Source: a bacterium (GTDB lineage Bacteria; UBA8248). Taken from it: a stretch of 64,000 bases of DNA. The notes beneath the pieces were generated by a model. It was not told the origin of the DNA. It saw only the letters and a list, made by a program, of their open reading frames with translations, and searched no databases. Positions 1 to 10,096 of the stretch are shown piece after piece. Every line of letters begins with the position of its first letter. Positions within the stretch are counted from its first letter, which is position 1. The stretch is from the NCBI GenBank assembly GCA_963692865.2, contig OY843592.1:1696001-1760000 (forward strand), written 5' to 3'. The position numbers and the translations under genes are program-made.

Positions 1-1
1 C

Positions 2-538
2 TGGATATTGAGTCTGGACGCGGATGAATGCGTAACTCCCGAACTTGCGGAGGAAATTCTCTCCGTCTTGTCCGCAGGCGGTTCCACCATGGGGTATCGG
101 GCGCCCCGAAAAAACATCTTCTTCGGCCGCTGGCTCCGCCACGGCGATCTTTGGCCGGATTATCAGATACGGCTGTTCCGCCGCGACGCGGGGGCGTTTA
201 ACGGCAAGGGCGTCCATGAGTCCGTGGTGGTGCAAGGGCGGGTGGGCGTGTTTTCCTCCCCCCTGGAACACTATAGCTACGACGCGCTTTCGGGTTTTTT
301 CGAAAGGCAGGTCCGATACGCCAGGCTGTCGGCGGAGGATTTGTTCGCCGAAGGAGCGCGGCTTCGCATGAGCGATTTCCTCATCCGCCCGCTTTGGCGT
401 TTTTTCAAGAGTTACGTCTTGAAGATGGGTCTTCGGGACGGCGTCGAGGGTTTTTGGGTATCCGTCGGCTCCGCCCATTACGTGTTCATGCGCGCCGCCT
501 TTTTATGGGAGTTGTCTCGAGAGCGTGAGCGCCCTTAG
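2..538 (+). CDS. Glycosyltransferase family 2 (WaaE/KdtX-like LPS core glycosyltransferase), 5'-truncated by the window edge
   Basis: Frame open from position 2 (WILSLDADE DxD motif). Also PDYQIRLFRR, VHE, HYSY and C-terminal G.RDG..G motifs typical of this family. Adjacent to GT4, msbA and waaL. Confidence 0.85.
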   Translation, partial: WILSLDADECVTPELAEEILSVLSAGGSTMGYRAPRKNIFFGRWLRHGDLWPDYQIRLFRRDAGAFNGKGVHESVVVQGRVGVFSSPLEHYSYDALSGFFERQVRYARLSAEDLFAEGARLRMSDFLIRPLWRFFKSYVLKMGLRDGVEGFWVSVGSAHYVFMRAAFLWELSRERERP

Positions 539-1640
539 CGTTTTTCATACGGAAGCCTCCCCGGGCATGGGCGGACAGGAGAAGAGGATCCTGCTGGAGG
601 CCGCTTCTCTCATCGAGCGCGGGCACGAGGTTCTGTTGATCGGGCAACCGGACGGCGAACTGAAGCGGGAGGCGGACGAGGCGGGGGTGCCGTTCGAGCC
701 GGTGCGCATGAGCGCTTCCTGGGATATGTCGGCGTTGGGCCGACTTCTCAAGCTCATCCGCAAGCATCGCCCGGATTTGATTCATACGCACAGCAGCAGG
801 GATTCCTGGCTCGGGGGCATCGCGGGCCGGATGTTCGGCGTGCCCGTGGTCCGCACCCGCCACGTATCCAGACCCGTGAGTTCACACGGACTGAACTGGG
901 TGTATCGGCTTCCGCACCGGATCATGACGACGGCCGAACATATCCGCGACGTCCTGGTCGATGCGAGAGCATGTGCGCCCGAGCGAATCAAGGTGTTGCC
1001 GACGGGCGTGGATTTCCGGCGTTTTCGCGAGAATGTGTCCGGAGAGGGTTTCCGCGCGGAAATGGGGTTGATGAAAGATACCCCCGCCGTGGGAATGATG
1101 GCGCAACTCAGAAGCTACAAGGGACACGAATATATCCTGGCGGCGGCGCGATTGCTCAAAGACGAAGGGTGCGGCGCGCGGTTTTTCTTGGGAGGAGACG
1201 GGGAATCGCGAGGCGTGTACGAGGAGGAGGCGAGGCGCCTTGGCCTTTTGGACGGGACCGTCACTTTTATGGGATGGCGGGCGGACGTGCCCGAGATCAT
1301 GGCCGGTCTCGACGTGCTGGTGATAGCGTCTACGGGCACCGAGGGCGTTCCCCAGGTGGCCCTGCAGGCGATGGCCATGGGCCTTCCCGTCGTGGGCACC
1401 GACATCGGCGGCGTGACCGAAGTGCTGGCGCCGTCCGGCGCCGGGGTGATCGTGCCGCCTCAAGACCCCGCCGCTCTTGCGAACGGCATTCGGAGTTTGC
1501 TCCGCGCCCCGGCGCGCAGGGAAGAAATGGGTCGTTCGGGCCGGGAATATGTGCGCAGATGGTTTTCGCACGATAAAATGGTGGATGAAACGCTGGCTCT
1601 TTATGAGGAGACGATTTCATCGCGTGGCGGGCGAAGGTGA
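525..1640 (+). CDS. Glycosyltransferase family 4 (GT-B)
   Basis: GGQE N-terminal motif, HTHSSRD, EGVPQVALQAMAMGLPVVGTDIGG. Overlaps the upstream GT2 gene. Confidence 0.9.
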   Translation: MSALSVFHTEASPGMGGQEKRILLEAASLIERGHEVLLIGQPDGELKREADEAGVPFEPVRMSASWDMSALGRLLKLIRKHRPDLIHTHSSRDSWLGGIAGRMFGVPVVRTRHVSRPVSSHGLNWVYRLPHRIMTTAEHIRDVLVDARACAPERIKVLPTGVDFRRFRENVSGEGFRAEMGLMKDTPAVGMMAQLRSYKGHEYILAAARLLKDEGCGARFFLGGDGESRGVYEEEARRLGLLDGTVTFMGWRADVPEIMAGLDVLVIASTGTEGVPQVALQAMAMGLPVVGTDIGGVTEVLAPSGAGVIVPPQDPAALANGIRSLLRAPARREEMGRSGREYVRRWFSHDKMVDETLALYEETISSRGGRR

Positions 1641-1780
1641 GTTTCCCTGCGTCTTGAGCCGCCTTTGAGCCCCGGGGAATTGCAAAGCGAGCGAAGAAAC
1701 TCCATCGCCGCGCGCGGCGCCGAAGGGACGTGTCCTGACGCCGTCGGCGGGCCCGGTTTGAATTTTGAAGAGGATTCCGG

Positions 1781-3568
1781 ATGAGCCGCACCCAGGTTTA
1801 TCTCAGACTCTTGAAGTATTTGCGCCCGTACCGGCTTCGGTTCGGCGTCGCCGTCGCCTGCACGGTCATTGTGGGCGGCCTGAATGCGTATCCCGCTTAT
1901 CTCGTGCAGCACGTCATCAATGACATTTTGATCTCGAAGCGCTCCGGCATCGTCTTTTTGGTTTGTCTGTCTCTGGTCATCGTCTATGTGACGAAAGGCA
2001 TCGCCGCTTATTTCCAGAATTATTTCATGCACTGGGTCGGTCAGCACGTGGTGATGGATATCAGAAACGAGCTCCACCGGCATCTTCTTCATTTGCCGCT
2101 TCGGTTTTTCGAGATGAAGACGACCGGAGAACTGATGTCGAAAGTCATTTACGACATCTCCCTGATGCAGAATGCGGCGACGAATTCCGTGCGGGATTTG
2201 CTCCGGCACGGGTTCACCTTCATCGCCTTGCTTGGCGTGGCGGTTTACCAGAGTCCCCGAATGGCGGTGATATTCATCGTCATCATTCCATTGGTGACGT
2301 TCTTGGCCGTGGCGATGGGAGAAAAGATTCGCCGGATAACGCGGAGAAGCCAGGCGCGCATGGGCGACATGAGCAGCCTGATGAAGGAAACCTATGCTGG
2401 CATTCGAGTCGTCAAGGCCTTTGGAGCGGAAGATGAGGAGGAGAGCCGTTTCGCGCGCGTCACCCGGTCGTTTTTCGACACCATCATGCGGGCCATGCGG
2501 GTCCGCTCGCTGGCGCCTCCGATTGTGGAGATCATCGGTGGAATTTTGGGGGCGGGGATTTTGTGGTTCGGCGCCCAGTCGGTCATCTATGGAAGCATGG
2601 ATCCGGGCAAGCTGACGAGTTTCGCGGTCGCCTTGGGGATGGCCTACAGCCCGCTGAAATCCTTTACCAGCGTGTTTCATAGCCTGGTGGAAGGAATTGC
2701 GGGTGGCCAATCCGTCTTCGAAATAATGGATGAGCATGCGCACGAGGAGAAGAACCCGGCGGGCGAGGTGATGGAGCGGCTTTCCCGGCATATCCGGTTC
2801 GAGGGCGTGCATTTTTCCTATTCGGACGAAGCGACGTTGGAGGGTATCGACGTAGAGGCGCCTGCGGGTTGCACCCTGGCCGTCGTGGGAATGAGCGGCG
2901 CGGGAAAAAGCACGCTGCTGGATTTGATTCCGCGTTTTTATCTGCCCGCACGGGGGAGCATTCTCTTTGACGGAAAAGAGGCGTCCCTGTATTCGCTGGA
3001 CAGCTTGCGCGCCCAGATAGCCGTGGTGACCCAGCAGGTGATCCTGTTTAACGACACGGCGGCGAACAACATCGCCTATGGTGTCGAGGGACCCGTCGAC
3101 CGTGAAGAAATCATCTCCGCGGCGAAGGCGGCCAACGCCCATGATTTCATCGTGGAGCTTCAAAACGGGTATGAGACCATGCTGGGAGAGGAGGGGGTGC
3201 GTCTTTCCGGCGGTGAGCGCCAGCGCATCGCCATCGCCCGCGCTATTTTGCGGGACCCCTCCATTCTATTGCTCGACGAAGCCACGAGCGCGCTCGACAC
3301 GGAGAGTGAGCAGTTGATTCAGGACGCGCTCGTGCCCTTGATGGAGGGCCGCACGACGATCGTGGTGGCCCATAGGCTCTCCACCGTCCGAAACGCCGAT
3401 TTGATCATCGTGCTGGATGAAGGGCGAATCGTGGAGAGGGGGACGCACGATGAGTTGATGAAACGGGGCGGTTTGTACCGAAGACTCTACGAGATGCAGT
3501 TCGCGGGCGAGGAGATGTCCCTCTCCGCTCAAGTCGCCGGCGCGACGACCGGCGGGAGCGCGTCGTAG
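1781..3568 (+). CDS. msbA: Lipid A export ABC transporter permease/ATPase (MsbA-like)
   Basis: N-terminal TM domain, Walker A GMSGAGKS, signature LSGGERQR, Walker B LLLDEATSALD. LPS gene context. Confidence 0.85.
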   Translation: MSRTQVYLRLLKYLRPYRLRFGVAVACTVIVGGLNAYPAYLVQHVINDILISKRSGIVFLVCLSLVIVYVTKGIAAYFQNYFMHWVGQHVVMDIRNELHRHLLHLPLRFFEMKTTGELMSKVIYDISLMQNAATNSVRDLLRHGFTFIALLGVAVYQSPRMAVIFIVIIPLVTFLAVAMGEKIRRITRRSQARMGDMSSLMKETYAGIRVVKAFGAEDEEESRFARVTRSFFDTIMRAMRVRSLAPPIVEIIGGILGAGILWFGAQSVIYGSMDPGKLTSFAVALGMAYSPLKSFTSVFHSLVEGIAGGQSVFEIMDEHAHEEKNPAGEVMERLSRHIRFEGVHFSYSDEATLEGIDVEAPAGCTLAVVGMSGAGKSTLLDLIPRFYLPARGSILFDGKEASLYSLDSLRAQIAVVTQQVILFNDTAANNIAYGVEGPVDREEIISAAKAANAHDFIVELQNGYETMLGEEGVRLSGGERQRIAIARAILRDPSILLLDEATSALDTESEQLIQDALVPLMEGRTTIVVAHRLSTVRNADLIIVLDEGRIVERGTHDELMKRGGLYRRLYEMQFAGEEMSLSAQVAGATTGGSAS

Positions 3569-3730
3569 GGTTGTTTGCACGAGGGACGATATGACCGGAT
3601 GAAAGATGGGTCCCGCCGCCCGCACCCGGTTTCGGGAACGCGGGGTTCTATCCCGGCTGGTCGATGAGGCGCAGGCGTTCTCTATGGATGATCGGCCGCA
3701 AGAACGCTGCCCGGGACGGCGGAGTGCTTT

Positions 3731-5060
3731 GTGGAATCAAGGTCCGGAAATAGGCTTATGCGTGAGCTGAGAGACTTTTTCACGGAACTGGGAGAACGCT
3801 TCAGGAGACGTTCTCCTCCTTCCCGGGTGGCGTTCGGCGGTCTTTTCGGTTTCGCCGTCTGCGCTCCGTTCTCGATATCACTCGCTCAGATTTGCGTGTT
3901 CACCGCCGTGGCGGCGTGGCTGGGTTCCATGACCAGGGCGGCCCCCTTGCTGACCCAGAAATTTCCGTTGTGGAAGCCTTGGCTCCTTTTCGCGCTGTTG
4001 ACTTTCGCCAGCGCCTTTCAAGCGCCCGATTCGGTCGACCCAGAAATTTCCGTTGTGGAAGCCTTGGCTCCTTTTCGCGCTGTTGACTTTCGCCAGCGCC
4101 TTTCAAGCGCCCGATTCGGTCGAAAGTCTCATCGAAGCGAGAGAATTGACGCAAATCATGATTTTCTATCTGGCCGTGAACGTCGTTCGAGATGACAGGG
4201 AAGCGCTTTGGCTGATGAAGGCGCTCTTCGCGGCCACGAGCGTTACCGCCTTGTACGCCCTGGGAGTTTCGTTGCAGGGAACCCTGTCGCTGGCAAATCG
4301 CGCCTCGGGTTTTTTCAGCATATACATGACGTTCGGCGGTTTCTTGCTTGTCGTCGGCGTCTTGGCGCTTTCCTATATCTTTGTGCCGACTCGGGAACGC
4401 AAGAGCGTATGGATATATGCGGCGACCCTGCTGATCCTCACCGCATTGCTGACGACTTTGAGCCGCAACGCCTGGGTCGGACTTGCCGTCGGGACGGCGG
4501 TCGTCGCCGTGGCCGGCCGGCGCAAGAGGGCGGTTTTGTGTCTGGCGGCGGCGGTGCTGGTGGTTCTCATGGCGCCTCACTCCATCCGTGAGCGCGTGAA
4601 GAGCATCCTGAATCCCCGGGACGAAACGGCCGTGGAGCGGATATACATGTGGAAGAGCGGCATCGAAATGCTGATGGACAAGAAACTCCTCGGTTTCGGG
4701 CCCGGGCAAGTCAAGGACAATTACGCCCGGTATGCGAACCCCGAGGCGGCCAGGAAATCTGCGGCCCACTTGCACAACAACATCGTTCATTTGGCCGCCG
4801 AGCGGGGAGTTTTTGCGTTGGGCGCCTGGATTTGGGCCTGGGCCGGGTATTTCCTCTTGGTGATTCGGCGAATTCGGGATACAAGGGACGCGCCTTTCGG
4901 AACACGATTTCGCATGGTGGGCGGCTTGGCCGCGGCAGCGGGCTTCTTAAGCGCCGGGATGTTCGAATACAACTTTGGAGATTCCGAGGTGGTGATGCTC
5001 ATTTTCGTGGCGACCGCCTTGCCGTTCATGGGCGGGACGAGCGAGGTTCATTCGGAATAA
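3731..5060 (+). pseudogene. waaL: O-antigen ligase family protein, frameshifted by an 85-bp tandem duplication
   Basis: ORFs 3731-4195 and 4053-5060 share the duplicated peptide WKPWLLFALLTFASAFQAPDSV. Removing one copy gives a single 1245-bp frame. Wzy_C-type motifs LSRNAW, R..MW, G.G.G and HLHNN..H.AAERG. Confidence 0.8.
3952..4121. repeat. Exact 85-bp tandem duplication (3952-4036 and 4037-4121)
   Basis: gacccagaaatttcc...gattcggtc occurs twice head-to-tail. Confidence 0.95.
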
Positions 5061-5079
5061 AACGATATGTGCTGCAGGC

Positions 5080-6261
5080 TTACCGGAAGCGGAACAAAGA
5101 TTGAAAAAAGCCCAGTTTTTTGACCGGTTCGGCGGCAACCAGATCGGCTCCGCCGAGTTTATCGCCCCTCAGTTCATACGTGACGCGGCCCACCTTTTGG
5201 CCGGTGCGGACGGGTGCGGTTATCTCTTCAGGCAACTCCAGTTTCATGGATATACGCTTTTCTTCACCTCTCTTGACCAATGCCTCGACGCTTTCTTTGA
5301 GCCGGATGCGAACCGTTCGTTTCTGGCCCTTCCGCACCTTGATTTGCAGGCGTTTCGGTTTTTTGCTTCTGCTCAGATCGACCCGGCGAAATTGGGTGAA
5401 CCCCCATGCGAGCAAACGCCTGGCCTCTCTGAATCGGTGTTTGGAGTGGCTCGATCCCATCACGACGGCGATGAGCCTTAAATTTTTGCGTTCGGCCGTG
5501 GCGACGATGCTGAACCCCGCTCGTCGGTAATAGCCCGTTTTGAGGCCGTCCAACCCGCGAAACCGCCCCAAGAGACGGTTCGTGTTGGTCAGGGTGAAGC
5601 TCCCGTTGCGGAAAGGAGCGTTCTTGGTGGCGCTCCATTTCATGATGAGTGGATATTTTATCAACTCGCGGGCGAGAATGCCGGCGTCGCGCGCGCTCAT
5701 CTGGTTGGCCGGTTTCTTTCTGCCGGGAGGCAGCCCGTTGACGTTGACGAAACGGGTGTCCTCCATGCCGAGTTCTTTGGCGCGCTGGTTCATCAACTCG
5801 ACGAAAACTTCGATGTCTCCGGCGATGTGTTCCGCCACGGCGTAGGATGAATCGTTTGCGGAACTGATGATGATGGATTTCATCAAATCTCTCAGAGAAA
5901 ATTTCTCTCCTTGCTTCAAATACACCTGCTGGCCTCCGATCCGTGAGGCGCGTCTGCTGGTGGTGATAATTTCATCGAGATGGATGGCGTTTCTTTGAAT
6001 TTGTTCCATGGCGATTAAAGCGGTCATCATTTTCACGATGGAGGCGGGTTGCGTGCCCAGCCGCTCGTTTTTTGCTTTCAGTACTCGCCCCGTATTCGCT
6101 TCCATCAAAAGAATCGAGCGATATGGTATCACCGCTTTGCGGGATTTTTTTCGGCGCGCGGAAGCCGCATCGACGCCGAACGTGAGAGAACATGTGAACA
6201 ACAATGCGAACGTGATGATGGCAAGGCGGAACCGCCGGCCGAGTCCCGAATCGAAAAACAT
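5080..6261 (-). CDS. D-alanyl-D-alanine carboxypeptidase (peptidase S11, PBP5/6-like)
   Basis: Signal peptide, SxxK (SIVK), SxN (SAN) and KTG motifs, PBP5 C-terminal domain. Confidence 0.92.
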   Translation of the reverse strand: MFFDSGLGRRFRLAIITFALLFTCSLTFGVDAASARRKKSRKAVIPYRSILLMEANTGRVLKAKNERLGTQPASIVKMMTALIAMEQIQRNAIHLDEIITTSRRASRIGGQQVYLKQGEKFSLRDLMKSIIISSANDSSYAVAEHIAGDIEVFVELMNQRAKELGMEDTRFVNVNGLPPGRKKPANQMSARDAGILARELIKYPLIMKWSATKNAPFRNGSFTLTNTNRLLGRFRGLDGLKTGYYRRAGFSIVATAERKNLRLIAVVMGSSHSKHRFREARRLLAWGFTQFRRVDLSRSKKPKRLQIKVRKGQKRTVRIRLKESVEALVKRGEEKRISMKLELPEEITAPVRTGQKVGRVTYELRGDKLGGADLVAAEPVKKLGFFQSLFRFR

Positions 6262-6637
6262 GCGCTTCCCTTATATTTTTCCAGGCGGGTTGGGTGGATT
6301 TCGTGACGAGTCCAGCGGATGATGGCTGATCCATTGGACTCCAGCCAATTAAAAACTTTTTCCTTGCGTTTGTCAAAATGAGTTGATTTTAAGGCGGTTG
6401 GATACCCGTTCCGATGCTTATGTCTTTGTATATGATGGTGATGACGCGATCCGCGCCTCACCCTTCCATTCCAATTCTTGCGTCCGTCCGGTTGCTCTGA
6501 TAGGATTTGCGTTACCGAAGGGGTACTGGAGCGGATCCTCGGTTCACAGTGGTGACGCACGTCAATCGCGCTCCATCCAAAATAGGGTATGACATTCTTT
6601 TTTGCCGCCATGGGCGGAAGGAGAAGGAGGTCTTCTC

Positions 6638-7531
6638 ATGTTCAAGGGTTCTTATGTCGCGATGGTGACCCCGTTCCGCGACGGAAAGCTCGACGAAGGG
6701 GGCATTCGCTCTCTGGTGGAATTTCATGTTGAAAACGGAACGCACGGGATTGTAGCGTGTGGAACCACGGGAGAGTCCGCCACGCTGAGCCACGAAGAGC
6801 ACGACCGGGTAGTTGAATTGGTGATCGAACAAGTCGATGGAAGAATCCCGGTCATCGCCGGTTCCGGTTCGAACAGCACCGCGGAGGCCGTTCAGCGCAC
6901 CCAATTCGCCATGCGGGCCGGCGCGGACGGCGCGCTCCTTGTGGCGCCTTACTACAACAAACCCACGCAGGAGGGGCTTTACCGGCATTTCCGTGCGATC
7001 GCGGAATCGGCGGACATCCCGATCGTTCTCTACAACGTGCCGGGCCGCACGGTGGTGCAGATAGCCCCCGACACGGTGGCGCGCCTCTCGGAGATTCCCA
7101 ACATCGTCGGCATCAAGGAAGCGACCGGCAATCTGGCGAATTGCTGCGACATCGTATCCCGCGTCCCGGACGATTTCATCGTGCTTTCAGGCGACGATTT
7201 CGTCACGCTGCCGATGATGGCGATGGGCGGCGTGGGCACGATTTCCGTCACGGCGAACGTGGCGCCCGCGGACGTGGCCCGGATGTGTCAGGCCCAGCTC
7301 GATGGGGATACCGCCACGGCGAAAGCGCTGCACTACAAGATGTGGGAACTCAACCACATGATGTTCTGCGAGACGAACCCGATTCCGGCGAAGGCGACCC
7401 TGGCTATCATGGGGCGCATTGCGCTCGAATACAGACTGCCGCTCTGCGAGCCGTCAGACGCCAACATGAGCAAACTGGAGGCGTTCGCCAGGGAATACGG
7501 ACTGGTCGAAGAAGCGGTGGCGGCGACGTAA
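6638..7531 (+). CDS. dapA: 4-hydroxy-tetrahydrodipicolinate synthase
   Basis: GTTGES, PYYNKP, LYNVPGRT, GIKEA and ETNPIP.K motifs. AGGAGG RBS before ATG 6638. Confidence 0.95.
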   Translation: MFKGSYVAMVTPFRDGKLDEGGIRSLVEFHVENGTHGIVACGTTGESATLSHEEHDRVVELVIEQVDGRIPVIAGSGSNSTAEAVQRTQFAMRAGADGALLVAPYYNKPTQEGLYRHFRAIAESADIPIVLYNVPGRTVVQIAPDTVARLSEIPNIVGIKEATGNLANCCDIVSRVPDDFIVLSGDDFVTLPMMAMGGVGTISVTANVAPADVARMCQAQLDGDTATAKALHYKMWELNHMMFCETNPIPAKATLAIMGRIALEYRLPLCEPSDANMSKLEAFAREYGLVEEAVAAT

Positions 7532-7558
7532 AACTACACAGAACGACAGCATCGCAAT

Positions 7559-7598
7559 AAAGAGCGGGAGCGGCGAATGCTCCCGCTCTTTTCGTTTT
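7559..7598. terminator. Probable bidirectional intrinsic terminator between dapA and the amidohydrolase gene
   Basis: Perfect stem aaagagcgggagc / gctcccgctcttt with a T-run, between convergent genes. Confidence 0.8.
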
Positions 7599-7604
7599 TG
7601 ATGC

Positions 7605-8483
7605 TTATTCTTCCAGCCCGAGGACCTTGAGAGCGTTTCCGCCGAACCAGAGTCGTTTCACGTCGTCTTTGAGCGGGAACTTCTCGAACTCGGCCAGACT
7701 TTCCCCTGGGCTGATCATCGGCCAGTTCGAGGCCCACAGAATCTTGTTCTTGAGCACCGAGTTCCCGTAGCGGATCAGGGGCTCCCAGCCGGTGTCGGGC
7801 GTGGCGATGTATTTGGGCATCGTGCCGCTGACTTCGATGTACAGATTGGGGTGCCGCCAGCTTACGGCGATCATCTCCAGTATCCACGGCCAGCCCCCGT
7901 GCACCGCCACGATGCGGAGTTCGGGAAAGTCCCTCGCCACCTCGTCCAGGTAGATCGGACGCCCGAAATCGAGCAGATTCGAACTGGAGAGATTCATCGA
8001 GGTGTGAAGCAAGACGGGGATGTCCAGTTCCACGCATTTGGCGTAAATGGGGTAGAATTTCTTGTCGTTCGCATGGAGCCCGAGTTCCCAAGGCCCCATG
8101 TTCACGCCCCGGAGTCCATACTCCTTCACTTCGCGCTCCAAATCGCGCAGCGCGTCCATGCCGCGAAACGGGTCGCAACCAGCGGTTCCAATCAGGCGGT
8201 CCGGGTAATCCTTGATGTATTCGCGCAGAACGTCGGCGGGAAATTTCGTGCCCGAGACCGTCGTCATGTCGGAAGTCTTGATCACGGCCTTGTCCACCCC
8301 TTGTTCGTCCAGGAAGGCGACGAACTCCTCAGGCTTCATGTAGCGGTGTTCTTCCTCGTTGCCGAACACCCTTTCCCCATAGTGCCTGGCGTAGTCGGCA
8401 AGTCGGCCCGTCGGTTTCAAATACCTGTCCAGACCCTCGGGAATGGGGCATGAGACTCTGAAATCGATGATGGGTGTCGGCAT
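7605..8483 (-). CDS. Amidohydrolase family 2 protein
   Basis: YPIYAKCVEL.IPV..H, DFPELRIVAVHGGWPW, HPNLYIEVS and KILWASNWP motifs. Confidence 0.85.
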   Translation of the reverse strand: MPTPIIDFRVSCPIPEGLDRYLKPTGRLADYARHYGERVFGNEEEHRYMKPEEFVAFLDEQGVDKAVIKTSDMTTVSGTKFPADVLREYIKDYPDRLIGTAGCDPFRGMDALRDLEREVKEYGLRGVNMGPWELGLHANDKKFYPIYAKCVELDIPVLLHTSMNLSSSNLLDFGRPIYLDEVARDFPELRIVAVHGGWPWILEMIAVSWRHPNLYIEVSGTMPKYIATPDTGWEPLIRYGNSVLKNKILWASNWPMISPGESLAEFEKFPLKDDVKRLWFGGNALKVLGLEE

Positions 8484-8633
8484 TCGCAGGCTCCGTGAAA
8501 TAAGAACTATATATGGGTACAGAGTACCTCAGGACGCCCGTTACCGGATAGCCGGGAAGGGAGAAGCCCGCTCCCTCGCCAGAGGGATTCGAATCCTTTA
8601 TCCTCTTTTTCATTTTAAGGCTTGGAAATTTCC

Positions 8634-9902
8634 ATGACGCAGCGCGGCGAAACGTCAACCCGATGGCTTTGGGCGATTTGCGCGGCCCAGGTGCCGATGA
8701 TGTTCGTCTACGCGAACTACGTGGCGGCGCTTCCGCTGTTCAAGACGGAATGGAATCTCACGAACGTGCAGGCCGGCACGATTTATACGGCGTTCTACGT
8801 GGGCTACATCCTCGCCTCCGCCGTTTTGGCGACCGCGACGGACTACATGAGCGCGAAAAAGATATATCTGGCCTCGAGCCTTTGGCTCGCGCTCCTGAAT
8901 TTCATGTTTCCCCTCCTGGCGGATGGTTTCATCAGCGCATCGGTGTTTCGCGCCCTCACGGGCGTGGGACTGGCCGGCACCTATGCGCCTGCGCTTCGGC
9001 TGGTGGCCGAATACGCCCCGCCGGGGAGGCGCGCCCGGATGGTCGGGGTGTATACGTTCTTTTACACCGTGGGCGTCGCCACGTCGATTTACGTGACGGG
9101 CGCGCTCGTCGCGAATTTCGAATGGCGCGCGGCGTTCGCGTTGACCTCTCTGGGGCCCGCCGCCGGTTTTCTGGCCATGGTGTTTCTGCTTCCCTCCCTG
9201 CCTTCACCGAGGGGGGATGGAGACGCCGGGTTTGAATTGCCCAGGCTTCCGGCGCCGGTGTGGGTGCTCATGGGCGTTGCGGGCGCGCACCGGTGGGAGG
9301 TGTTCGCATTCAGGGGCTGGATAGTCACCTTTCTGGCGGCTTCTTTGGTGATGACGGGAGCAGAAACGCGCGAGAGCGCCCTCCACGTCGCCTCCGCGTC
9401 CGCCGCGTTGATCATCGGACTGAGTGCGGTTTCTAAGCTGATCGGCGGCTGGTGCGCCGATCGCATCGGCAGGCCGCCCACGATAATCGCGAGCCTGTTC
9501 CTGAGCGGGCTGATTTCGGCTTTCATCGGGCTCGCTTTCGGGGCGCCGTTCGCCATATTGCAGATTCTTTGCCTGGTCTGGGTGATCGTGATGCACGTGG
9601 ACGCCCCCGTGCTGGTGGTCTTGACCACGGAACTCACGCCCAGACGCCACCTCGGCTCTGCGCTGGGCATTCAGTCAGGGTTGGGCTTTCTTCTGGGTTC
9701 TCTCGCGCCCATGGTGGTGGGGAAATTCCTGGACATGAGCAACGACTCGACTGATGGCGCGCTGCCCGTGAACTGGGACTGGGCGTTCATCGGACCGGGA
9801 GTCGTAGCTATGCTGGGAGCCGTCGCCACGATTTTCGTCGCCCGGCGTTTCATTGCCGCCGAAAAGCCGCCGGAGGGTGAAGCAGAGGCTTCACGGCCAT
9901 GA
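8634..9902 (+). CDS. MFS transporter
   Basis: About 12 hydrophobic segments and the GGWCADRIGR motif-A repeat. Confidence 0.85.
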   Translation: MTQRGETSTRWLWAICAAQVPMMFVYANYVAALPLFKTEWNLTNVQAGTIYTAFYVGYILASAVLATATDYMSAKKIYLASSLWLALLNFMFPLLADGFISASVFRALTGVGLAGTYAPALRLVAEYAPPGRRARMVGVYTFFYTVGVATSIYVTGALVANFEWRAAFALTSLGPAAGFLAMVFLLPSLPSPRGDGDAGFELPRLPAPVWVLMGVAGAHRWEVFAFRGWIVTFLAASLVMTGAETRESALHVASASAALIIGLSAVSKLIGGWCADRIGRPPTIIASLFLSGLISAFIGLAFGAPFAILQILCLVWVIVMHVDAPVLVVLTTELTPRRHLGSALGIQSGLGFLLGSLAPMVVGKFLDMSNDSTDGALPVNWDWAFIGPGVVAMLGAVATIFVARRFIAAEKPPEGEAEASRP

Positions 9903-10096
9903 TCCCATACGCTCGTCATGCGGTTCTATCCTACGATTTCATATGCTTGACGATGCGCTCAGTTTTGATATGATTCGCCTCACCTTTGAAACGCATCTTA
10001 CATATTGGCTGGCGGGTGGATAGAACCTAAGCTGAAGATTCTTGAAACTGAGATTCTTCGCACTCTTTTGGACTGCTACTTAACGAGCAGAGGAGA

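Noticed and set aside
1601-3163. Long antisense ORFs (for example 1601-3163 -, 13005-14081 -, 22305-23759 +, 30109-31440 +, 39502-40842 -, 48365-49648 +)
   Set aside because: They lie opposite genes with clear family motifs and have no motifs of their own. Such shadow ORFs are expected in GC-rich DNA.
6262-6637. Possible lysine riboswitch upstream of dapA
   Set aside because: I could not find the conserved lysine-riboswitch sequence blocks or a terminator. The region is more simply a divergent promoter region.
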